The notes below the pieces were generated by a model. That model saw only the letters and a program-made list of their open reading frames with translations. It was not told where the DNA came from and did not search any database. A stretch of DNA of 63,764 nt, filler included, from Stramenopiles sp. TOSAG23-3 (Eukaryota), in NCBI GenBank assembly GCA_900128585.1. It is 5 parts of 5 records of this genome, joined end to end, with 100 filler letters (N's around TTAATTAATTAA, not from the genome) between each part and the next. Parts side by side here need not be neighbours in the genome. Positions count along the whole stretch, not along the records: positions 39,877 to 59,606 come from LT642391.1; 4 more parts are not named here. One strand, written 5' to 3'. Position 1 is the stretch's first letter. The number at the start of each line of letters is the position of its first letter. Shown here one piece after another: positions 40,281 through 50,246 of the stretch. Both the position numbers and the translations under genes were made by a program.

Positions 40281-42668
40281 ATGACGTTTACTTTAACGTC
40301 GTGTCTAACAAATGATGGTCGGTACAAGTGCCCGCATTGCCCGGCAGACTTCGCTGGGAGCAGTGGGCTTTGGTACCATTTCAAACACAATCACACCGGG
40401 CAGAGAGTTCATGATGGCCGTCGGCAGTATAAAAGCGACCCCTCTGAGCCAAGGCACAAGTGCGAACTCTGCGATGCGACCTTTGCTGGGATCAGTGGGC
40501 TTTGGTACCATATGAAACACAGTCACAAATCTGCCCCAAAGAACTTGCACTCTGTAAAGACGGAAACGAGAATGCCGCGAAAATCGGTAAGGGTCGGGGT
40601 GGGGTCTTTGGAAGGAGCAAATTTAAATCAGGTTATAGAACGATACTCCAGGTTGCTCAAGAACCGACAGCATGAATTAGAAACTGCTGCAAACATGCTG
40701 GACGAAGAGGTGGCGGCACAAAACATGACGTTCAAGACAATGGGGGAGTGGGTAGCCACGAGAAAACAAAGTTGGCGGCGACTTCGCCGTCGAAATTTTT
40801 TCACGAAGAAGCACGAGATTTCTGAAAGCACAGTTTCAACCGTGCTTGGCGCCCTGCGGTTTTTATTGAGGGAAAAAGTCATCGATTGGTCTCATCTCGG
40901 GTACGCACAAAGCGAACAGTCGCTCGCCCGCATAATCGAAGACACGATAAAGAAAAGGTACGGATTGTTTTGCGGAAACGCCACGGAAATAAGGAAAAGA
41001 ATTAATCTTGCAAAAGAAGAGGAGGAGCGTGAAAAGCAGAGAGCTGCGTCGAAACCGCCGTATGCCCCATTAGGTGCATTCATATTGTACATGGAATCGC
41101 GACCCTCGGGCAGTGTTCCTTCGCGGGTAGAAGTTGACCTTGCGGTAGAGGAGTGGAAGGCCTTGGGCGACGGGCAAAAGGAACAGTACCACCAGGGGGC
41201 AAAGGCCGACCGGTGCCGTTACGAGCGAGAACTGGAAGAATGGAAGCAAGGAAAAGATTTTTCGGGCGCGAAGGCGCCTGACGCAGCGAGTGTCATGAGA
41301 ACAGTAAAAATTTTACCGGCCAAGGTGGAGGCCCCGGTGCCGGCGGTTAATGGAAAGAGAGAAAAAGACAGTGGGACCGAAACCGATACTGAGTCCGAAA
41401 CGGACGATGACAGCGGCGAAAAGGACACCGATGATGGGAAAGATAATCATATTATTTCTCTTGTCTCTGCAGGCGGGACTGGAAAGTTTGTCGACAAAAA
41501 ATTCCGGGCGCGAGCAGAAAGAGAAGCCCGTGAAAAGACGGAGGAGATGGAGAGGCAAAAGAAGGATAAGCGAGAACTCACTCTTCTGGAAATGGATTTG
41601 CAGTTCCTTGGAAAACCTCCCGCAGTCGGAAACGCCCCAACAACGTTCGTGCGCTCGGGATTCTGCGCCCCTTCCACCGTGAAACTAGCAAGTGAAATTG
41701 CTGAAGAACGTTCCACTGCTGTGGTGAGGTCCTTCGTGTACTCTGTGTGTGACACGGCCCTTAAAGATGATCTCAAAGAACGCCTAAACCAATTGAAAAT
41801 TGCAAACAAGTGTGTGCAAGAGAAAAAAAACAGTATGTCTTCGATGCACCAAATTCTTGAAGAGATTCATGGGCCCCAATATGACCCAGCTACTCAGGCG
41901 ATTGCGGCAGTTGTGAACGATCTTGTAAATGAGTTTGACAACCAGACTATGTCAGCAGACACAAGAACGCTGGTATCATCAGAGGCCATCTTGGCACAAT
42001 ACACAATGGACTTGAGAAGGGACTACCCATCAGGGTCGTACAAGTTTCAGATCTGGTTGGACAGGAAGGCGGGAACAGGGAGGTCAGGAGGGGTCCGGCG
42101 AAAGGGATTGGGACAACCGGTGAGGAGGGGAATTTATCGCAAAAATCGCGCCCCTGCTGAAAAAGCTAAAGTACCGCGTGACCTGGCCCGTAGCTTGACC
42201 CTGCACCGCCTTATTCATAAATACGGTATCCTTGAATCGGGCAAAGGCGTGTTTAGCTGCAAATTCAAGGGCATGGTTGAAGTTGCGGACTTGACAGTCG
42301 ATGGAACGATTGTTTATCACGATAACATCGAGGGTCCGTTAACGTTCAAATCGCCGTCCGCTTTTACCTTGTTCGTGAAGCGAAAGAAGAATCCAACGAA
42401 GCGGGCCGACGAGGGTTGGCGAAGCATTGTGTACCGAGACGGTAAAACTTTGATGGAGCTCCGGGCAACCCTTTTACAATCTTTGAAATTATCGAAGAAG
42501 AGAAAATCCACAACCACGGATCGAAGCATAAAACGACGGAAAGTTGAAAACGCAGCAGCTTTGGAGCCAGTCCAGCACAATGAGGAAGGATCCTGCGAGG
42601 ATTTTGGAGATCTTACTGTTTCAGAGGAAGATGACGATGAATTTATGGAAGGCACGTTGGACCTATAA
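40281..42668 (+). CDS. Chromatin protein: two C2H2 zinc fingers, HMG box, C-terminal RAMA domain
   Basis: CPHC…GLWYHFKHNH and CELC…GLWYHMKHSH; 'PYAPLGAFILYM…EWKALGDGQKEQY…RYERELEEW'; 'TLHRLI…GILESG…ADLTVDGTI…FKSPSAF…NP…GWRSIVY…L'. Confidence 0.82.
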   Translation: MTFTLTSCLTNDGRYKCPHCPADFAGSSGLWYHFKHNHTGQRVHDGRRQYKSDPSEPRHKCELCDATFAGISGLWYHMKHSHKSAPKNLHSVKTETRMPRKSVRVGVGSLEGANLNQVIERYSRLLKNRQHELETAANMLDEEVAAQNMTFKTMGEWVATRKQSWRRLRRRNFFTKKHEISESTVSTVLGALRFLLREKVIDWSHLGYAQSEQSLARIIEDTIKKRYGLFCGNATEIRKRINLAKEEEEREKQRAASKPPYAPLGAFILYMESRPSGSVPSRVEVDLAVEEWKALGDGQKEQYHQGAKADRCRYERELEEWKQGKDFSGAKAPDAASVMRTVKILPAKVEAPVPAVNGKREKDSGTETDTESETDDDSGEKDTDDGKDNHIISLVSAGGTGKFVDKKFRARAEREAREKTEEMERQKKDKRELTLLEMDLQFLGKPPAVGNAPTTFVRSGFCAPSTVKLASEIAEERSTAVVRSFVYSVCDTALKDDLKERLNQLKIANKCVQEKKNSMSSMHQILEEIHGPQYDPATQAIAAVVNDLVNEFDNQTMSADTRTLVSSEAILAQYTMDLRRDYPSGSYKFQIWLDRKAGTGRSGGVRRKGLGQPVRRGIYRKNRAPAEKAKVPRDLARSLTLHRLIHKYGILESGKGVFSCKFKGMVEVADLTVDGTIVYHDNIEGPLTFKSPSAFTLFVKRKKNPTKRADEGWRSIVYRDGKTLMELRATLLQSLKLSKKRKSTTTDRSIKRRKVENAAALEPVQHNEEGSCEDFGDLTVSEEDDDEFMEGTLDL

Positions 42669-42670
42669 TT

Positions 42671-42841
42671 AAAAACAAAAATTGGCTGTTATTTAAGTAG
42701 TTAAAATTTATCGTCTTCATATTATAGATAATACTGCGAATGAAAAATATTAATTCTTATTGGTGTACAAAGTATCATATCATATAATTTGTTTTTTCAT
42801 ATGGTAAATGAACGTGTTCTTTAAAAACAAAAAATTGGCTG
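42671..42841. repeat. Two core AAAACAAAAATTGGCTG motifs plus a CATATAATTTGTTTTTTCATATG motif in a convergent spacer
   Basis: Cores at 42671-42690 and 42823-42841; second motif at 42781-42803. Confidence 0.75.
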
Positions 42842-42962
42842 AGTACTTTGTCATATCTAAAAGACTTAAGAATTCATATATAATACGCACACATATTATT
42901 GTTGATATTTAGAGATAATGCGAGCGCGTGCGCCTCTCTGAGAATATATTTTTATTTTCAAT

Positions 42963-44051
42963 TCAAAGGCTCCCGTCAAGGCCTGCGACTTGAACCAATA
43001 TCTTTCCAATGTTTGCGTTGCTTTCCATATAATCGTGAGCCAATTGAACGTCATTTAAAGAAAACGATTTTTCGTCAACAATAACACTGTATTCCCCGCT
43101 CTCGAAGAGCCCCAGGGAATGATCTGCAAATGCCGCAGTAAGCTCCGCTTTGTACTCATCAGAACGAGATCGTAATGTCGTCGCTTCCAAGCGGAGGCGC
43201 TTTCTGAGCATCATTGCGAGCAGCGGCCCATCGATATTTGCACCGCCCATTAAACCGTAAAGGGTCCACCTTCCGTCAACGCTGAGAACTTTTGCGTTCT
43301 GTTTCCAGTACGATGACCCGACACAGTCCAACACAGACTGCACACCATCGTTCCCCGCCATCTCAAGAACCTTTTCCGCCCAGTCCTCTTCTTTGTAATT
43401 TGCGCCACCAGCAGCTCCAAGCTCAACGCCTTTGGCTATCTTTCGTTGAGTGCCAGCAGTTACAAAAACTCGACAGCCAGCGTTGACCGCGAGCTGAGTG
43501 GCAGCTGTTCCAACCCCACTGCCGCCGGCGTGAACGACAACCGTGTCACCGGACTTTACGCCTGTTACGGTATGAAGTAGCTGAAAAGCAGTCAGCCATG
43601 TCTCGGGAATACCAGCCGCGGTGCGGAGATCAAGGCCTTTCGGAACTGGCATGAGAAGATTTTCGTTGACTGCAACATACTCTGCATACCCTCCACCATT
43701 CAAAAGTGACATTACTTCTGTTCCGGCTTTCCACGTCTCGCCGTCTTTGCCTTCCACCACGCCAGACATTTCCAGGCCAAAAATATCTGTTTGACCGGCT
43801 GGTACAGGGTACAATCCTTTCCGCTGAAGCGTGTCTGCACGATTAATCGCGGTGAAGTGAACCTTCACAAGAACTTCCCCCACTTTAACGGCTGGCACTG
43901 GCCGTTCAACCAAAACCAGCTTTCCAGCTTCAGCAATTACTGCTTTCATCATTTTCCCTGCCATGTTGCAAGTTGAGAGTAATTCCGTTTCACAAGTGTT
44001 AACACCTATCAAACTGAAGAAAACAACAAACAAAAAGATCCCGTTACGCAT
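42963..44051 (-). CDS. NAD(P)H quinone oxidoreductase, PIG3/TP53I3 family (MDR); start at 44051 or 43964
   Basis: INRADTLQRKGLYP, GLEMSG, GGYAEY, IPETWLTAFQLL, HAGGSGVGTAA, TLRSRS, MESNANIGKI. Confidence 0.93.
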   Translation of the reverse strand: MRNGIFLFVVFFSLIGVNTCETELLSTCNMAGKMMKAVIAEAGKLVLVERPVPAVKVGEVLVKVHFTAINRADTLQRKGLYPVPAGQTDIFGLEMSGVVEGKDGETWKAGTEVMSLLNGGGYAEYVAVNENLLMPVPKGLDLRTAAGIPETWLTAFQLLHTVTGVKSGDTVVVHAGGSGVGTAATQLAVNAGCRVFVTAGTQRKIAKGVELGAAGGANYKEEDWAEKVLEMAGNDGVQSVLDCVGSSYWKQNAKVLSVDGRWTLYGLMGGANIDGPLLAMMLRKRLRLEATTLRSRSDEYKAELTAAFADHSLGLFESGEYSVIVDEKSFSLNDVQLAHDYMESNANIGKILVQVAGLDGSL

Positions 44052-44747
44052 GAAAGTCTTCAATGCGATTTTGTTCTCTATATTTTTTGAAATTTTAAAG
44101 ACACCGAGAACATCTCAAGTAAACGTTTCTGTTCCGTTGACTTTTTTGTGACTTTAACGCTGAATTAGATTTTACACAACAAATGCGAAGTACCAGTATT
44201 ATTACCGTATTTTATTTTTTATTATTGGAAGAAAAAGTGAAAATACAACATGAAACCAAAAAGACGAAGAAGAAGAAGAGGAGAGAAGAAGAAATAAATA
44301 AAATAAAATATATTTCATATAGCTAGTCGACTAATATTAGACGACTAATAATAAAAATCAGACAGCAGAAGAAGAAGAAGAGAAGAAAAGATCACAATTT
44401 GTACATTATATCGATGCTCTGTCATATTAGTTTCTAATAAATAGACTAAAAAAATAAGAACCGTATTTTATAGACATAAAATCAATAATATATTATTATA
44501 TGATTTGATGGTGATGACAGAAAATCGTTTTATTGATTTGTTTGTTGCTTGAATGGACTATTTTATACATTGACGAGTATAGAGAAACGCTAATGAATGG
44601 ATGAATGAAGGGCATGTACATTGCACCTAACGTTTTGTTTGCTATTTTTTTTGATTACATGTGTTCCGATCCTACGAAAAGGCATTGAAGATTTTTTGTC
44701 GCAGATTAACCGTGGGGTGGAAAATGGTTCATTGCAGGTAGTTGTGA

Positions 44748-47700
44748 ATGAGAATTATGGAGCCGTTGCCCCCTAGTTCCCCATCGTCGGCTCATGAACC
44801 GATTTTCGAGCCCCTCGAAAACAGCGAAGAATATCAGATGCAATTGTTGAAAATCTCTAAATTTAACGACGCTGCAGCACGCGGTGATTTACAAGAAATT
44901 TATGTCCGCCTTAATGAAGGGCAAAACCCCATGCTATACTTGGAGGATGGAAATACGGCCCTGCACCATGCATGTTTTCATGGCCATCTAAATGTTGCCG
45001 AATACTTTCTTGATAACGAAATGTACGAAAGTCCTGACCCATTAAACGTAGAAGGGCAAACACCCCTCCACGTGAGTTGTCAGAATGATGGAACTTGTAC
45101 CATAGAATTAATTAAGTACTTAATCAAAATGGGAGCGGACAATAAAATAGAGGACAAGTCTGGAAAGAAGCCGTGGGAAACGGCAGAGGAATATCTAGAG
45201 GCGAATCCACAGTACGAACAAATTGTACAAGTGCTAAAAACCTACGATCGCGTGTTAGAGCTGAAGACTACGTGCGAATATCTTGGCATCAGCTTTGAAA
45301 CTGAAGGGCATTTGCACTGGCTCGCTGCCTCGTTCATACACATGCCACTGCCTGAAGGTGTGATAGAGGCGACGGACGACGAGGGCAATGCTTATTATTT
45401 TAACGTGAAGACCGGCGAATCCCAGTGGGGTCATCCGTCGCTGGAAACATTTACAGCAGAAGTAGCACACCAGCGCCGCCAATATTCTCTTTTAAGGCAA
45501 ACCAATATACTTGGGCCTTTGGCGATGAAGAAACGGTATTTTCGGAAGTGGGGTAAACTTTATATGAAGATGTGCTGGAGAGAAAAATGGGGCGATAGCA
45601 GGGCGTTGGTGCACTTGAAGAAAAGACTGTTGCGGCCAATATTTTCTCACTTCAGACAAAATATAAGGAGGAAGAAAATCATAAAGAAGTTTCGACAAAA
45701 GATCATAAGAAGAACAGCTGGAAAACTGTTGCCAAAAATACTGAAAAAGTGGAGAAAGTTTGCAGCAAAACGGGTTGCAAAGTACGGTCCAACTCGTAGA
45801 AAAGTAACGAAACATCTTTTGCTGACATTGGGACGGAGGGTATTCCATACTTGGAAGTACAATGCAGCTATCTTGGGCAGGCGAAGGGCAAAACTGAAGA
45901 AGAAAGTTGCAATTGCAGAAAAATACCACCTTAGAAAGATTTTGAGAATGTGGACTCTTAACGCCCAACAGAGATTAGCGCAAAGGAGAGAGAAACTGCA
46001 AGGGCTTTTTTTGCAGCACACTGCAATCTTTTCGAAAGCAGAGCTAGATCGCCACGAACACGAGTTTACATCCAAACTAAAAAACAGGAAATTCGGAAGT
46101 TCATTCTATGACCTTGACACCCTAATACTTTTGGGAATGCTGAACAAGACCTTCAGAAAAGCTATTGGCAGTGTATGGAAATATGTAAGTGACTTGAGTC
46201 TGTTCTGCACTAGCAACAGCTCAATACCTCGGATTCTGCGATCGATTTCACTAATGGCAAATTTGAAGTCTTTTTCGTGCTGCACGTGTCTGCCAGGTCA
46301 CCATCGCCAAATTTTGGAAACTTTAAGTCGACACTGCAGAAATTTGGCAGCATTGAATACGCCAGCAGTTGTAAACAAAGCCTTGAATCTCTCGTTCGAC
46401 AAGCTGATGTTCAATTGCTGCAATGTAGACTCCATCACGCTCACGGAATGCTACAACATACCTTCGTTGCTACCTGTGATACGAACAGCATTGAACAAAT
46501 GGGAGCAACTGCAGCACGTGAATATCATCAATGTGAAAGCAGACGTGGCTTCCAACGCCGTGCAAATTGGTAAAGGATCCTCTTTCGGGTCGACCGACAC
46601 CAGAAACCAAAGCGAGTTGCCTGTGTCGGACTCTTTTTTACGGGCCTTGTCACGGGGGAAAGCAAAGCCTCGATGCATTTCTATGGCAGGAATCCAAGGG
46701 TTTACCAGCAGAGGGGTCATGGATTTAGTATCGAGATCAACAACATATTTAACATCTTTGGACTTGTCGTTTACTTTGTCTTTGTGCGAAGTAGGTGTAT
46801 TGCACATTTTCAAATCTACCAATACTAACCTGCGAGAACTAAACTTAGAAAGAGCCATGCGACCTGGAAAATATATACCGACCAAAATGTTCAATGAAAC
46901 AAACAACAAGTTTGTCGTCCTTGAAAATCTCTGCAAACTCAATGTGTGTTATCTGACTCATGAAGACCCCGGTCGTGCTGGACTGGATTCGCTGGTCCTT
47001 TTCATGAAAAAGTTGAAGACTTTAAAAGCTACATGGCCTGTCAGAGATGTTTCCAATCTCCTGTACTCGGGTAACCAAAGCGGTGTTAAGCACGTCAGGA
47101 TATCTTCGATAAAGAACGAATTTTCTTCTTTGAAAGCACATTCTGCTGTTAGGAACGACAGTCTAACGTCAATTTTTCTAGAAGGGGGGGGTGTTCGAAC
47201 CAGAGACATCAGCCTGATTTTGTGCAATACTCCAAATTTAAGAAAATTGGAGTTTTTGAACTGCAACTCTATTTTTGATGAAGAGTTCAAAAAACATAGA
47301 ACGATGGTGATTCAGAATTGGGAAGAAAAAATTACGAAACTCGAACACGTTTCCTTTCGCCATTGTCCACACGCTGGTAACATTATCGTGGGTGCTGTGC
47401 TTTTTTGTTCGCGGCATACATTAAATCGTTTTGAGCTTGAAGGGACAGGCTGTACCGAAGTGCTCTGGATGTCGTGCCCGGAGACGACACTTTTACAAAT
47501 CGATAGTTTGCTCCTTGCTGGTTGCAGTCACCTTACACTGGATGTTCTTGCCGATTGCCTGGGAAGAAAATCGTCAACACAATTGAAGCGGTTGGTTTTA
47601 TCATCCATGGAGCATATTTCTCTGAATGTCATGCACAAAATCTTGGATGTCCGCAGTTTAATTGCCTTAGAAGTTTACAAATGTTGCTTCACAAACGTAA

Positions 47701-48290
47701 TGCTCAGGCGGCTAAGCCTCCGGCTTAAACGGTTGGTTTTGAAAGATCTAGTTGTTCCAAAGTCAAAATTCGAGAAGAACGCAGACGTCGCAACTAACAA
47801 CCACGATGAAAATTTTCAAGACGAATGGATCAACGATCTCCTCGCACGAAGTCGCCAGCGAAAGAATAATGGTACTAAAATCGACGACGAAGGGAGCATT
47901 GTCTGTGATCTCAGTCGCTACGGGATCGATGCCATGCTCTCCAGACTTAAAATGTTAACGTACTTGGACGTGACTATGCCCAACAAAGAGGAGCAAGTTT
48001 GGTTTAACAGACGGCGTGAACGTTATTTTCGTGATGACCGAGGGATTGACTCCGCGTCTTTACATGTAAAGAAATGGCTGAAGATAAAACAGTTTTGGAA
48101 GTCAAAACAATTTCACAACGGGGCACCGATGGCTTTGTTGCCTTCTGCTGCTGGTTTGAAAGCTGTGCGGAACGAGGACAGTCAAAAAGTACAAGAGACC
48201 TCCATTGATGGAGTCAACTGGTTTAAGAAAAATGTGAAAGACAATCTGGTTCTATTGAAAAGACGAAAACGAGGAAAGAAGCAAGTATGA
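44748..48290 (+). CDS. Ankyrin, WW, Sfi1-like repeat and LRR protein
   Basis: GNTALHHAC, GQTPLH; 'LPEGVIEATDDEGNAYYFNVKTGESQWGHP'; Trp repeats spaced 33-34 aa; LTSLDLS and LRELNL LRRs. Confidence 0.8.
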   Translation: MRIMEPLPPSSPSSAHEPIFEPLENSEEYQMQLLKISKFNDAAARGDLQEIYVRLNEGQNPMLYLEDGNTALHHACFHGHLNVAEYFLDNEMYESPDPLNVEGQTPLHVSCQNDGTCTIELIKYLIKMGADNKIEDKSGKKPWETAEEYLEANPQYEQIVQVLKTYDRVLELKTTCEYLGISFETEGHLHWLAASFIHMPLPEGVIEATDDEGNAYYFNVKTGESQWGHPSLETFTAEVAHQRRQYSLLRQTNILGPLAMKKRYFRKWGKLYMKMCWREKWGDSRALVHLKKRLLRPIFSHFRQNIRRKKIIKKFRQKIIRRTAGKLLPKILKKWRKFAAKRVAKYGPTRRKVTKHLLLTLGRRVFHTWKYNAAILGRRRAKLKKKVAIAEKYHLRKILRMWTLNAQQRLAQRREKLQGLFLQHTAIFSKAELDRHEHEFTSKLKNRKFGSSFYDLDTLILLGMLNKTFRKAIGSVWKYVSDLSLFCTSNSSIPRILRSISLMANLKSFSCCTCLPGHHRQILETLSRHCRNLAALNTPAVVNKALNLSFDKLMFNCCNVDSITLTECYNIPSLLPVIRTALNKWEQLQHVNIINVKADVASNAVQIGKGSSFGSTDTRNQSELPVSDSFLRALSRGKAKPRCISMAGIQGFTSRGVMDLVSRSTTYLTSLDLSFTLSLCEVGVLHIFKSTNTNLRELNLERAMRPGKYIPTKMFNETNNKFVVLENLCKLNVCYLTHEDPGRAGLDSLVLFMKKLKTLKATWPVRDVSNLLYSGNQSGVKHVRISSIKNEFSSLKAHSAVRNDSLTSIFLEGGGVRTRDISLILCNTPNLRKLEFLNCNSIFDEEFKKHRTMVIQNWEEKITKLEHVSFRHCPHAGNIIVGAVLFCSRHTLNRFELEGTGCTEVLWMSCPETTLLQIDSLLLAGCSHLTLDVLADCLGRKSSTQLKRLVLSSMEHISLNVMHKILDVRSLIALEVYKCCFTNVMLRRLSLRLKRLVLKDLVVPKSKFEKNADVATNNHDENFQDEWINDLLARSRQRKNNGTKIDDEGSIVCDLSRYGIDAMLSRLKMLTYLDVTMPNKEEQVWFNRRRERYFRDDRGIDSASLHVKKWLKIKQFWKSKQFHNGAPMALLPSAAGLKAVRNEDSQKVQETSIDGVNWFKKNVKDNLVLLKRRKRGKKQV

Positions 48291-48298
48291 TAGAGTAA

Positions 48299-48686
48299 AA
48301 ACAGCCAAATTTCTTGTTTTTAGAGTAAAAACACATAATAATGGCTGTTGTTATGATAATTTAAAAACAAAAAACTGGCTGTTATTTAGTATTATTTAGT
48401 ATGATTCTGGAGTCATAAAACTATGATAAAACTAAGGTGAGTGTCTTTTAAAAACAAGAAAATTACTAAACATTTGAGGTTTACATTCCTTCATGTACTG
48501 CGAACTTATCTTTGCTCTTGTGGTGTTACTAATCGATATTTGGGGAGTGTCTTTTCAAGAAAAAACAAGAAAATTGGCTGTTTTTAATTATCAAAAAAAA
48601 CAAATTATATAGTATTATACTTAAATAACAGCCAATTACTTTCTTGTTTTTTTTTATTTAAGTGTAATAACAGCCAATTTTCTTGA
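48299..48686. repeat. Cluster of five or more core TTGGCTGTT/AACAGCCAA motifs in both orientations in a convergent spacer
   Basis: Copies at about 48299(-), 48363(+), 48561(+), 48627(-), 48669(-). Confidence 0.85.
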
Positions 48687-48749
48687 AAAAAAAAATTAAA
48701 ATTAATGTACTGCGAACTGAACTCTACTGGTATGAATACACGACATTAA

Positions 48750-50246
48750 TCAAATTTTGATGAATTCCCAATTCTCTCGCATCCGCTTTTTTTCTACGAG
48801 GTACAAGCAAGTGGGCGGGCAGGGCACTGCACAGGAGGACGTATGACAACTGTGACAGTGCGGCAGTTTTTTGCGAGGCTTCTTCCACGTTTTTGTTCTC
48901 CTGTTGCTTTTTTTAAGGATACCCTTTATGATTCGCTTCGTTGGATTCTTTTTCACTGGGGCCTCCGGGACACTGTCTGCAAATTCGCAATGGGTACATC
49001 GACAAAAAAACGATTTTCTGTACTCAATCCTTTGTTTTCGTATGTGGCGCATGTTGTCGTACCAAAGCCGAAAGTGCGCTAGTTGCACCCGTCTTCTTAT
49101 TTTTTTTCCTAATTCAATGGCCCCTGGCCCAAACGTTTCGACACTTAAACTGCTCATGTCCATCGCTACCACTTTTTCCAGCGCCTCCACAACGGCTGCT
49201 GCGGTGGTCGGCTGAACTGCTTTTTCGTCTTCTTCTACTTCGAATGCTAAAGGAAGCCTTGACATGGCATATGCGACCCTTTCTCTTTTGACTTTCTGGT
49301 CCTCTGCGTTTCGCTGCCAACGATAAAACAAAGCCCTGATCGTTTTGTGCCTCCAATCTCTGTACAATTTGATGGACATTTTTTCCGCGTTCTCTTTCCA
49401 GGTAATGAAACGCCGACATTTCTCAACTCTGCTCCACTTCTGTATTGATTTGTTTAATTGTCGAAACAGCCTTACTGCTTTCGTTTTTGCCCATTTGCTA
49501 AGCATAGTTTTTTCTTTCCAAGTTTTCATATTCCAAGAGAGGCGATAAAGAGATACTTGCCAACGATAATGTTCGGCACTTTCACGCGCAACGTTGTGCC
49601 ATTCCTGTATCATCGTTGCTACCCATTGCTTAAATTTGTAATCCTTTTCACTGTTTAATTTATTCATAATGTCTGCTATTCGCTTGTGTTCCTTTTCCTG
49701 CCGACGCTTGTACAATACAAAGATCCACCAATTACGGCACGCTTTTCGGCAAAGCTCTAATTTTTTGTTTACAACCACCCGCTTCACGACATGGACTTCC
49801 CGTACAAACGTGTCGTAGCACGTTTTCCACCAAAGCCGACAAAAATGTTTGGACAAAAAACAATCTTCTACGCCCGGAATAATCAGCTGTCCTTTTACGT
49901 GTGGCACGTTTTGGATCCTCTCCTCGGTCATCGTATCGATGCTAGCCTGTAATATGTCTAGTGGATGGTTCAAATGGGCTGCCCAAGTTTGACGCAAAGT
50001 AGTGCCCGGTTGAGTCAAATACATTCCATTATTCTCCGAGCCCATCTTCAGAGCCATGCTGAGTCTCCTCAACGACGGCGCGTTGATGTGCCTATCAAGC
50101 ATCCTATCCCTTTCCACCTTTGTCAGGTCGGGTGCGTACTCCCATTTTGTACGCGTGTCTGGGGCCAAACGCTTCTGGTATTTTATAGGTTGAGAGTTTT
50201 TTCGCTTTCCAGCGTAGCCCTCAAGAAACCTGCCTTTTCCCAGCAT
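48750..50246 (-). CDS. Basic helical protein with Sfi1-like (centrin-binding) Trp repeats and Cys/His-rich tail
   Basis: RKACRNWW, ATMIQEW, NMKTW, RRFITW, RALFYRW, AHFRLW. Confidence 0.65.
   Translation of the reverse strand: MLGKGRFLEGYAGKRKNSQPIKYQKRLAPDTRTKWEYAPDLTKVERDRMLDRHINAPSLRRLSMALKMGSENNGMYLTQPGTTLRQTWAAHLNHPLDILQASIDTMTEERIQNVPHVKGQLIIPGVEDCFLSKHFCRLWWKTCYDTFVREVHVVKRVVVNKKLELCRKACRNWWIFVLYKRRQEKEHKRIADIMNKLNSEKDYKFKQWVATMIQEWHNVARESAEHYRWQVSLYRLSWNMKTWKEKTMLSKWAKTKAVRLFRQLNKSIQKWSRVEKCRRFITWKENAEKMSIKLYRDWRHKTIRALFYRWQRNAEDQKVKRERVAYAMSRLPLAFEVEEDEKAVQPTTAAAVVEALEKVVAMDMSSLSVETFGPGAIELGKKIRRRVQLAHFRLWYDNMRHIRKQRIEYRKSFFCRCTHCEFADSVPEAPVKKNPTKRIIKGILKKSNRRTKTWKKPRKKLPHCHSCHTSSCAVPCPPTCLYLVEKKRMRENWEFIKI

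Noticed and set aside
48299-48686. CRISPR-like reading of the short repeats with spacers
   Set aside because: Mixed orientation, degenerate copies, irregular spacing, eukaryotic context and no cas genes
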